Below, piece after piece: positions 1 to 9,519 of a DNA stretch of 64,000 nt (the stretch's first letter is position 1; the number at the start of each line of letters is the position of its first letter). The DNA lies in the NCBI GenBank assembly GCA_000165345.1, contig CM000433.1:736001-800000 (forward strand). The letters are read 5' to 3'. Under the pieces are notes generated by a model. That model saw only the letters and a program-made list of their open reading frames with translations. It was not told where the DNA came from and made no database searches. The position numbers and the translations under genes were made by a program.

Positions 1-738
1 GCCATCTGGTAGTTCATATGTCTTCTCTAATTCAGAAGATTCTTGAGATTTCTTCATTTCTTCCTCGTAATCTAAAGCAATGTAGCAGAGCTTTTCCTTA
101 ATATCTCTTACGATTTCTCTCTCAGCTGTTGTTGTAAAGCTGTAACCACGGTCGTGGAGAATCTTCATCAAGAAATCAGTTAAATCACGTCCAGCTAGAT
201 CTAATCTCATAATAGCATGTGGAATAGCATAACCTTCATAGATTGGAACAGTATGTGATACACCATCACCACTATCTAAAACAATACCAGTTGTACGACC
301 AGAGGCATACAATGATAAGACAGCCTGAATATTAACATACATTGCTGGTACATTGAATGTTTCAAACATTATTTGAGTCATTCTTTCACGATTTACCTTT
401 GGGTTCATTGGTGCTTCAGTCAATAATACTGGGTGTTCCTCAGGAGCAACACGTAATTCATTATAGAAAGTATGATGCCAGATCTTCTCCATATCTTCCC
501 AGTTTGTAACAATACCATGCTCAATTGGGTATTTCAAAGTCAAAATACCTCTCTTTGATTGAGCTTCATCACCAACATAACAGTCCTTTTGGTCCATACC
601 TACCATAACACCTGGCATTTTTGGGCGACCAACGATCGATGGGAAAACACATCTTGGAGCGTCATCACCTGCAACACCTGCCTTGACCATACCAGAACCA
701 TTATCAACAACCAATGCTTGTGTTTCTTCTTCACTCAT
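1..738 (-). CDS. ACT: Actin, 5' part of gene. The ATG is at 738 on the minus strand and the C-terminal part lies beyond the window start. No intron in the visible 246 codons.
   Basis: The reverse-strand translation from the ATG at 736-738 reads [114 protein letters not shown]...TYELPDG, a textbook actin sequence. The reading frame is open to position 1. Confidence 0.97.
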   Translation of the reverse strand, partial: MSEEETQALVVDNGSGMVKAGVAGDDAPRCVFPSIVGRPKMPGVMVGMDQKDCYVGDEAQSKRGILTLKYPIEHGIVTNWEDMEKIWHHTFYNELRVAPEEHPVLLTEAPMNPKVNRERMTQIMFETFNVPAMYVNIQAVLSLYASGRTTGIVLDSGDGVSHTVPIYEGYAIPHAIMRLDLAGRDLTDFLMKILHDRGYSFTTTAEREIVRDIKEKLCYIALDYEEEMKKSQESSELEKTYELPDG

Positions 739-1070
739 CTTTTGTTACTTGTGTAATATGCCCGAAATCTATGAAAAAAAAAAATCTATATTGTAAGTAA
801 GCTATATATAAAATATAAAAACTGCTCTATTAAACTACTACTTTGCTTGCCGTACAATTCTTATTATCTCTTTATCCAAGTATTTAAAGATATGTATACG
901 CACGCAGGAAAATAAAAATATACTTTGGATTTTTAATGCGCACTGTACGTATCGTAAAAAGATTCATCTCACTTTTTACATGTTGTCTATTCTAAATTTA
1001 TACTTGATTTTTATTTAATCTCTAAACTTTGTCATGTAATCGTCTATTAATACGTATTGGCGCGCGTCTA

Positions 1071-1101
1071 TGCATGGTGGGCGGCAAGGTGCATGCAATT
1101 T
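1071..1101. promoter_or_regulatory. G-box-like GTGGGCGGCAAGG plus TGCATGCA motif in the actin / H2B divergent intergenic region, about 340 nt upstream of the actin ATG.
   Basis: tgcatggtgggcggcaaggtgcatgcaatt. Confidence 0.4.
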
Positions 1102-2085
1102 GACATAAATGCATTCAATGCAAGATTTATATTTAATATAAAATTTGGTCTTTTTTTTTTACTAAAATCTAACCTTTTTTTATTTACATAACTAAGATTC
1201 GTTTAAATTAATACGTTTCACGTCGTAATATTTATCAAGTAATGTATGTAGCATTGTATACATGTGATGTACGAATTTGTATAAACCTGTAAAGTTTTTT
1301 TCAATTTAAAGTAGCAAATTAATCTTTATAATAAAAAATAACAAAAAAGTGTTGCTTATTATTGGTATTATTTTAATACTAGATAATAGAATTTCTTTTC
1401 TTTTAATCTTTCATTTATGTGTGCGATGCAATACAATGAATTGGCGGAAATATGTGTAGTTTCCTTTTCACTTAATAGTCCTTATATTAATATCAAAAAA
1501 CTATAAACAAATATTTAAAATGGTATAGCAAATTCATCAAATCTTCTTAGTTCTTTTATACTATAGCTTAGAATTTGTAAGTAAGTCTAATTTTTTATTT
1601 ATTTTGAACTCATTCTGTATCTAATGTATATACTTATGATGCTAAATGACTTATTTGGTCATTTTTATAGCCCTAACGCTTTCTATTATTACTGTTTATA
1701 ACCAACTCATTCTGAAGCCCACTATACCTTCCACTTTAAATCTGGTATTAACTATTGATACTATCCAAACCGAACACGCCGAATAAGGTGCACCTCCTCT
1801 CATAATCAAACCAATGTAAAAAACCAAGTATATACAGAAATAAATGAATTTTCAAACCCTAGTGCGCGTACATATTCATAGCAAATACCAATTCTCAACC
1901 TAATAAAAACAAGTTCTAATTACTCAACACTACTTATGATACAAATATTTATCTGAATATATAAATATAAATGCACTGATACATATATGAATATACCTGA
2001 TTCTACATCTCTTCTCATTACCTGTCAATTTCTTTCTTCTCCACCCTCTTCTCCCTATTAATACTAGAATAAATAAATTTTGCAC

Positions 2086-2100
2086 TTTCCCGCCAAAACC
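2086..2100. promoter_or_regulatory. E2F-like TTTCCCGCCAAAAC element about 190 nt upstream of the H2B ATG.
   Basis: tttcccgccaaaacc. This is the reverse complement of GTTTTGGCGGGAAA. Confidence 0.45.
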
Positions 2101-2290
2101 CTCAGTAACTGTGGGGCGCATGTATACGTCTCTTAGAAATAAAAGGAAGAATAAATAGTAAAATAGTAAAGGAGAGTAAGGTGTGGATATTAAGTGGATT
2201 TCTCTACAATTTCAACTTTGTGAAAAAAAAGGACAATCACAGTCCGCGGTTCTACACGAATTAGGAAAATTAAGCACAAATAGTATAAAA

Positions 2291-2638
2291 ATGGCCCCAA
2301 AAATGTCTTCAAAGAACAATAAAGGTGCAGCTCCAAAGAAGATCCACAAGAAGAAGAAGGAGAGTTACTCTACATATATCTACAAGGTATTGAAGCAAGT
2401 TCATCCAGAAACTGGAATCAGTAAAAAGTCTATGATGATTATGAACAGTTATATCTCTGACACCTTCGAGAAAATCGCTCAGCAAGCTGCTCAGCTTTGC
2501 CAAACTACCAAGAAGGATACTATCGCATCCAGAGAAATCCAAACTGCAGTCAGACTTGTTTTACCAGGTGAACTCGCAAAGCATGCAGTTTCTGAGGGTA
2601 CTAAGGCTGTTACCAAGTTCACTGGAGGACAAAAGTAA
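2291..2638 (+). CDS. H2B: Histone H2B (115 aa).
   Basis: [115 protein letters not shown] carries the canonical H2B signature ([11 protein letters not shown]...[24 protein letters not shown]). The ATG at 2291 is the first in-frame Met after the upstream ORF start. Confidence 0.95.
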   Translation: MAPKMSSKNNKGAAPKKIHKKKKESYSTYIYKVLKQVHPETGISKKSMMIMNSYISDTFEKIAQQAAQLCQTTKKDTIASREIQTAVRLVLPGELAKHAVSEGTKAVTKFTGGQK

Positions 2639-3074
2639 GTCAATGAATCTTTTGATTCATTTTATTTCCATTTTCTCCATTCAAGAATCGGGGATCTGGA
2701 GAATCTAGCAGATCTCCTTATCTTAAATGGATCTTCTTTCGGAAACTAATGGGGATATCTTTGGTGTACATGAATTGGATTAGGTTTCTTAACAATTACT
2801 TAAGAAATTTATCCTATCAGTGCTGTTATACTAGAAAGTGATTCCAAGGGCTTATATTTCAAAATTCTAATTCAAGTAATAATAGGATTTAAGTATCATC
2901 AAATATGAATCCAATCAAAGGCTACTTATACCAGGCGTCACTAGACNCCACATTTTCTGTCACTTTATCAACTAAAATAGAATAATTAATGAATATGTAT
3001 ACTATATTTATATTGTTTCTTTTTCACTCTCCTGTCATAAATCTAGCCAGTGAATCTTCTGTTGATGTTGTAAC

Positions 3075-5594
3075 CTAGAGGTGGTAATAGTTTGTTAAAG
3101 AAAAATTTAAGGTAGGTGGAATTTTGCTACTGGATGTTACTCCTTTTGAACTTACCATTCTTTCTATTGCTTTTAGCTCTTTCAATATTTGTACAATACT
3201 AATCCTTTTTGGATAGGAATTCTCCCAACTAACTTTATTTACTTGTAATTCTATATTTGTATTATTTTGAACATTAAGTGTGGAAGAGGAGGTTGGATGG
3301 AAAGATGAAGATGAAGATGAAGATAAAGATTGGGAAGATGAAGATGATGAAAGAANANNAANAANAATGANTNTGGAANTNGNNNANAAGNTGTCATNNA
3401 NCNTNNNNTNGCNNTAGTCCAATAATCTCCTTAAAATGAAGAATATGTGATAATTTTGAAAACCCACAACATCTTGAAACAAGACCTTGGATGAGAGATA
3501 TATTGCTAAACAAAAGTGAGTCTTTAACAGGATTAAGATCTAATGTGGCGCCAGAATAACCAACATAAGCTTGAACTTGGAGATTCCCAAGCCCACCAAA
3601 AGGAGGTTGCCCATTAATCATTTCCCAAAGAATTGCTCCTATAGAATAAGAATCGATTGATTGACAGCGTTCAAACTTATTCTCTAGATATAGTCTTGCC
3701 GGCTCTAGTAGAGGAGAATTAGTTTTAAGAACTTCTGGAGGTAAATAGTTCAGGATTCTATCATCTGAAAGTCTAGGGGAGCTGGAAACCTGGTTTAAAA
3801 ATGAAAATTCATTTTCAATAGAAGAACAATTCAGATTTGGAAAATCCAAACTTGAATTAGAGTCAGTGTTAGTTGTAACTTTCTTATTTCCCAGTATATC
3901 CAAGTAAATACTATCGTTTGGATAAAAAGAAGCTTCCAGTAAACAATGTCCAAAGTCTGCAAGCTTAACTGATAAATCTTCCTCAATTAATATATTAGTA
4001 GGTTTTAAATTTAGATGAAATATACCTCTTTGTTTTAAATACAAACATCCTGTAGCTATTCCTTTAGCAATTTTGATAGCACTTTGAGTATGAATTCCAA
4101 AAGATAAATTATATTCTGGAATTTCTGGCCAAAATGATGGATTTTGACTTCTGGAATTTGGACTTAGAATTAGATTTAAACTGGACATGCTTAAATCCGA
4201 GATATTATTTAGCTCTGATCCAGTATTCATTTCAAAATCGGTTTCAAAATTTGGATTAAAATTTAAATTTGGTATATAATAAGTGAATTCAGGATTCATC
4301 TTAATCTCATCATGACTAACTTTTTCTGAATTGTTATTAATTGTATCTTTTAAATTATAATAATATGGTGGGAAATTCATTTTTATGGATTTTGAATCAG
4401 AATCTTTCCATACACAATTATACATGCAAATACAAGATCCTTTATATAGGAGCTTTTGAAGAGAACCATTATGTACATATTCAGTTATAACACAATGTAT
4501 ATCTGAAGAATAATGACAAAATCCCAAAGTTAAAATTAAACAAGGATGTCTTAAAGACCAAATAAGCTTGCATGTATTTTCCCAAAGCTTTAATTGTAAT
4601 ATCTTCCCTCTAAAGACTTTAATAACAACATCCTTTCCAAGCCATTTCCCAAGATAACAGCAGGAACTACTGGAAAAAACTGTAAACAGTGTGAATTACT
4701 ATTATTCAAAATCTATATATAATATTTAAATTGAAAGAACTTACCTCCCTTACTACATTTGCATGGAAAATCTGTCCTTTCTAACTTTTGGACGAAGATC
4801 AACTGTTCAAAAGGGATATTAATCCCAGAATAACTATATAGATTTAAAGGTCTTGATATGAATAAAGGCGGAAGAAAACTTTTTTTGGTGATTTCAGATT
4901 CAGTTGGATATTTAATAAATTGTCTAGGTAAGAACAATGGTCCAAAAACTAATCTAAATTGTTTAATACAATTGCTTAGCTTAATTCTATGACCAACTTT
5001 ATTAACTCCAAGTGCTCTAGCAATACCATTAGCTGATAAAAGATTGGAAGAAAGTAGCAAATCATCTAATGTTAATTTCTTATGAATGAGCTCAAAATAA
5101 TCATCCAATTCCCAATTTTTTAATAAATCCTTCAATAAATTATCAAATTTTTCTTGATCATGTAATTGATTGTTTTTGAAATACTCTAATTCTGGGTTTA
5201 TATCGTAATACTTTTCTATTCTTGAATTCCCTAATATCTTTCTCTTTTCATTAAACTTCCTGTCAATATTTATAATAGTTTTTGTTTTAAACAAGTTTTC
5301 ATCTATTTTTGGTATTTCATACCTTCCTAAGAAATACCCCCTACTAAACTCCCCAGCTTTATACTCAGATTCATACATACTTCCATCTAATGCTACCATT
5401 ATCCCTTTTCCTTTACGTCCTACTTTTGATACCTTTCCAACAAATTTGCTTTGATCTTTTTCCCTAAAATAAACTATTCCAACTTCTTCTAATATATTAT
5501 AGTAGCTTTGATGGTCTTTAAGTTCAAATTTTTTTTCTTTTGAGTTTAACTCAGTCTCTATACATATATCCCCATTGGAATATATTAACAACAT
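3075..5594 (-). CDS. SAM-domain protein kinase-like gene (TKL-like) in two exons: exon 1 at 5594..4745, a 65-nt intron at 4744..4680, and exon 2 from 4679 down to about 3075. The catalytic HRD is replaced by HLN, so it is probably a pseudokinase. The C-terminus crosses an N-containing low-quality tract.
   Basis: Exon 1 encodes a SAM-like motif (LTLDDLLLSSNLLSANGIARALGVNKVGHRIKLSNCIKQ). A GTAAGT donor sits at 4744-4739 and a TTTACAG acceptor ends at 4680. With those, the phase-1 junction restores the frame into the kinase ORF, which otherwise has no ATG. Exon 2 carries the kinase motifs: VVIKV (VAIK-like), HLNLKPTNILI (HRDLKPxN with D changed to N), KLADFGHC (DFG), PPEVL (APE-like) and SYSIGAILWEM. 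The Gly-loop is degenerate (LGKWLGKD). The 3' end frame is obscured by Ns at 3355-3420; ORF 3075..3482 probably supplies the Ser-rich C-terminal tail. Confidence 0.75.
3301..3420. repeat. (GAAGAT)n / GAA-GAT trinucleotide-type coding repeat (poly-Ser on the minus strand), followed by a run of ambiguous N calls at 3355-3420. There is also a single N at 2947.
   Basis: The stretch gaagatgaagatgaagatgaagataaagattgggaagatgaagatgatga is followed by about 30 scattered N characters. This looks like a low-quality base-calling region, probably due to the repeat. Confidence 0.8.
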
Positions 5595-5780
5595 TTTTTT
5601 GCTTACCTTTTCTATCCATCCGATAAATAGAAGTGTTTCAAAAGAGTTAATCTACATAACACACAGCATAAATGCACAAAAACTTTCCGTATCGGTACTT
5701 CATCATTTACTAATTATTCTCTTTTATTTTCTCTCTTGACATTAATTTAATTTGTGCAAATCTTTAGTCACTCAAAATAG

Positions 5781-5834
5781 TTCCCGCCATGTGGCGCCAT
5801 GTGGGATTTTTTTATTTCATTTTGCATGCAATGG
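5781..5834. promoter_or_regulatory. Tandem E2F-like elements (TTCCCGCCATG + TGGCGCCATG) followed by TTTGCATGCAATGG, in the divergent kinase / acyl-CoA synthetase intergenic region.
   Basis: ttcccgccatgtgggcgccatgtggg ... tttgcatgcaatgg. The exact string at 5781-5805 is ttcccgccatgtggcgccatgtggg. Confidence 0.45.
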
Positions 5835-6296
5835 GCCACTAGTATATTTCAAAGAACAAGGAGTCGAAAACAAGAGAATAAAGACAAGATAGTTAAACTG
5901 TATAAAAGAACAGAATAGAGTAAAAAACATGATAAGTTATTTATTGTATTTGAGAGAAAAGGAACGATAGTATAGCAAAAAGGGGGGTACCTCTAGTAAA
6001 GTTGTTATGAATATCGTAATTAACACAATATACTAAAATGTTGTTATATCTTTGTTGAGAATAAATCACTAACATGAAAAAATAAAATTAGAAAAACTTA
6101 TAAAGAAAAGAAAAACAAATTTTTTTATTCTGTTAAACGGGCTTGTGACAACTACATTGCTTTAATTTGTTTATGTATCAAATCATGAAATTTGTGTTTT
6201 TTTGATAATAGTTAATTAGTGATAAAATAATTTATATATCCTTTCTTGAATAAATGAATAATATATTAGTTTATTGAAATTTCTACTAACCACACA

Positions 6297-6310
6297 TTTC
6301 CCGCCAAAAC
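6297..6310. promoter_or_regulatory. E2F-like TTTCCCGCCAAAAC element about 500 nt upstream of the acyl-CoA synthetase ATG.
   Basis: catttcccgccaaaacaatgcat. Confidence 0.4.
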
Positions 6311-6812
6311 AATGCATTATAAATAAATACTAAGATAATAAGTTAAAGATTAATAAATTAACATTATGAACAAATGTAGTGAGGTACCAAAAAAATATAA
6401 ATTTTTTCAAATTATAATTTCTTATGGTTGAGTATTAAAGTGTTTTTAACATTGGATTTATAGGATTTAACAATTATTAATTTTTTTAATTTCTTAATAC
6501 GAAATTTAAACAATTATAATAATTATATTTCAAGTTTAATCTCTTTTTGAAGACTAAATTTCAATTAGTAAATATAATAGACTTAATTTTGAATAATAGT
6601 ACTAAGCCAAGTTTATAATCTGATTTGAACTTCGAAATTAATGTATTTTAAATCATAAAAATTTCAAGGTTTAGTTCAACAAATATATAAATATATATAT
6701 ATTTATTTATATGTTAAATATATAAATTTATTAATTCAATTAAGAAAATCCAGGAATCCGATAAAATTTGAGGACAAAAAAAAAGAGATAAGTGAATATT
6801 ATTGGAACTAAC

Positions 6813-8864
6813 ATGGGGAACATTACTTCAAACGTTTTTTATCAACATGATGATTTTATTTACTCCTGTCCAATAGAAGGAACAGGAGATTCAAATTCAA
6901 CTGAAATAAGACGCTGTAAAGAAACGATTAACTCTGAACTCACTTCAAATTTTCATGAAAAGTTGGAAAATTGCTGGGGAATCCTTCTTCACGGAAAAGA
7001 AGCTAGCAATAATGGTGACTATATGGGTGTTAGGGTGCCATTAAAAAATGGAGAATTGAGTGACTATAAGTTTGTAAAATATTCGTACGTAATAAGAAAA
7101 GCAAAAGAAGTGGGAAGTGGCTTACTTCATATTGGAGCAGTCCAGGAAAGAAGTTTTGAAGATTGTAATATAAAATTGAAATGTGTTGCGTTATTTGCGA
7201 AGAACTCTCTTAACTGGTCAATTACTGAGCAGGCTTGTAATGCATATGGAATTTCAACAATTCCTCTTTATGATGTGCTTGGAAATAGTGGATTGACTTA
7301 TATTTTGAATTCAACATTACCAAAGACAGTTTTCTGCTCGGTTAGTTGTTGTAAGAAGCTAATTCCATTACTTGAATCAATGAAGAGTGTTAAGTTTTTA
7401 ATTATGTTGGATAATGAGTCAAAGTTAATACAAGAAAGTGCTACTGATTATATAAAAGAAAATGTTACAATTATGGATTTTGATGATCTTATAAAAATCG
7501 GCAAGAGTAACTTGAGAGAGGTTTCACCTGGTAATTTGGAATCAATCCACTCAATCCATTACACATCAGGCACAACTGGTAATCCAAAAGGAGCAGTTTT
7601 AACTAATAGAGCTTGGGTTTCTTGTACTGCTGCTTTTGTATATGGACAATTGGGGCGTGAAGGTACAAAACTTGGCTCTAATGATAGACATATTAGTTAT
7701 CTTCCTCTTGCACATATTTTTGAAAGAATTGTTCATATGGTTATAACTTATTTGGGTGGTAAGATAGGTTTTTATAGTGGTGATGTCCAGAAAATTGTTG
7801 ATGATATCCAACTATTTAAACCAACGATTTTTATTACAGTTCCTAGAGTTTTGAATAGAATCCACGATGAAGTTATGATGAGTATTGAAGAAAAGCCAAA
7901 ACCATTACAGATGCTTTTCCACTTTGCTCTTAAACAGAAAGAAAGAAGTAATTCTCCTTTCCATTTTATTTGGGATTCAATTATCTTCAATAAGACCAAG
8001 AAAATCCTTGGAGGTAATGTTAAAGCAATTTTGAGTGGAGCTGCTCCATTAGATGAGACAGTTTTGACCAGAATAAGGTGTTTTTCTTGTTCTTATTGTT
8101 TTGAAGGATATGGTATGACCGAACTTCTCGCTGCTTGTATGTCTGAAATCAACGATAACTCCAAAAATATTATTGGTGGCCCCCCTGGATGTTATGAATT
8201 TAAACTTGTTTCAATCCCTGAGATGGATTACAGTGTGAAAAATGATCCTCCTACTGGAGAATTACTTATGAGAGGTCCCTCTTCCTTCAGTGGGTATTTT
8301 AGAAATGAAGAAGAAACCAAGGCTGTAAAGTGTGAGAAGGAAGGTTGGATAAGGACTGGGGATATTTGTCAGCTTCTCCCTAATGGCTCTATTAGAATAG
8401 TCGATAGAAGAAAGAATATATTCAAGCTTTCTCAAGGAGAGTATGTAGCTCCTGAAAAACTTGAGAACATATTTGTGATTTGTTGTGAACTAATATCCCA
8501 GGCACTTGTTATTGGCAGATCAACTGAAAGTTTCTTGGTTGCAATTTTTGTTCTTGATGAAGAATTTACCATGAAATATGTAAGAACCAATCAATTAGGA
8601 GATGATTTGAAATTCAAAGACGCTGTTACCCACCCTAAAATTATTGAGAAAATCAAATTAGACATTGAAAAGGCTGAATTGCAACACAAAATTCTCGGTT
8701 ATGAAAAAATTAGAGCATTCAAATGTATATCTACACCATTTTCTGTCGAAAACGAACTTCTTACCCCAACTTTCAAAGTTGTTAGGCACAAAGCCATCAA
8801 GTTCTATGAGGAATCAATTAATGAAATGTACAAGGATGGCTACTCAAAACCTAAGAATGAATGA
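6813..8864 (+). CDS. Long-chain fatty-acid-CoA ligase (acyl-CoA synthetase, AMP-binding family).
   Basis: AMP-binding motif I YTSGTTGNPKGAVLTNRA, motif II EGYGMTE, and motif III WIRTGDICQLLPNGSIRIVDRRKNIFKLSQGEYVAPEKLE. The first ATG is at 6813 (MGNITSNV...); the ORF track start at 6792 is a GTG. The stop is at 8862-8864. Confidence 0.9.
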   Translation: MGNITSNVFYQHDDFIYSCPIEGTGDSNSTEIRRCKETINSELTSNFHEKLENCWGILLHGKEASNNGDYMGVRVPLKNGELSDYKFVKYSYVIRKAKEVGSGLLHIGAVQERSFEDCNIKLKCVALFAKNSLNWSITEQACNAYGISTIPLYDVLGNSGLTYILNSTLPKTVFCSVSCCKKLIPLLESMKSVKFLIMLDNESKLIQESATDYIKENVTIMDFDDLIKIGKSNLREVSPGNLESIHSIHYTSGTTGNPKGAVLTNRAWVSCTAAFVYGQLGREGTKLGSNDRHISYLPLAHIFERIVHMVITYLGGKIGFYSGDVQKIVDDIQLFKPTIFITVPRVLNRIHDEVMMSIEEKPKPLQMLFHFALKQKERSNSPFHFIWDSIIFNKTKKILGGNVKAILSGAAPLDETVLTRIRCFSCSYCFEGYGMTELLAACMSEINDNSKNIIGGPPGCYEFKLVSIPEMDYSVKNDPPTGELLMRGPSSFSGYFRNEEETKAVKCEKEGWIRTGDICQLLPNGSIRIVDRRKNIFKLSQGEYVAPEKLENIFVICCELISQALVIGRSTESFLVAIFVLDEEFTMKYVRTNQLGDDLKFKDAVTHPKIIEKIKLDIEKAELQHKILGYEKIRAFKCISTPFSVENELLTPTFKVVRHKAIKFYEESINEMYKDGYSKPKNE

Positions 8865-9103
8865 ACTCTAATGAACTTTAATTGTTTCTGCTCAAAAATT
8901 TACTCAACCTTCCTTCCATAATGTTCTAATTTTTTTTTTCTCCATTTAATCTAGAATTAATTTTAAGTATTTTTTTTTCTAATTGTCCACATGAAATATT
9001 AAATTATTTCATTGAAATATTTTATTACGTGTTTACCTAAGTGACGACTATTGCTATATGATAAAATTTATATACCGGTGATTTGCAAGAATCCACTTGC
9101 AAA

Positions 9104-9127
9104 TTTGCATGCATGCAAGTTTGCATT
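9104..9127. promoter_or_regulatory. Nested TGCATGCATGCA palindromic motif about 400 nt upstream of the secreted coiled-coil protein gene. A G-box GCGGGGCGG follows at 9168-9176.
   Basis: tttgcatgcatgcaagtttgcat, then gtttcagcggggcggattat. Confidence 0.4.
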
Positions 9128-9519
9128 TTGTAAACATTTTTAAGCAAAAATGAATTTTTTGTTTCAGCGGGGCGGATTATAGTAGAGATCTTTGGAGCAT
9201 ATAAAGAAAATTACAGATCCCAGACAATAGTTAAATATAAAATATTATTATTAATTTTATTAAAGAATAACCAAATTAACCTCAAAAAGAGTAACAAGAG
9301 CTAATCTCTTGTGGTGTATAATTTGAGAAAATTTTATTATAAGATAAATAACTGCTAAAATTGTGGGGAAAGCCAAATATAGGTATAATAAATTTCCTAG
9401 TTCTTTCTCTTTCCCCCTTAAGTTTTATTTCTTCTAGTATTCAAAACTAATATTATTCTTAATGAAATGAATGGAAACTCTAATATAAAGTTCTAAAGAT
9501 AAGTTATAAAAGATTAAAA

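Noticed and set aside
559-756. Plus-strand 65-aa ORF overlapping the actin gene start
   Set aside because: It lies antisense to a perfectly conserved actin coding sequence and is a frame artefact.
1930-2121. 63-aa minus-strand ORF in the actin / H2B spacer
   Set aside because: Low-complexity and AT-rich. It overlaps the E2F-like element at 2086 and has no coding-like composition.
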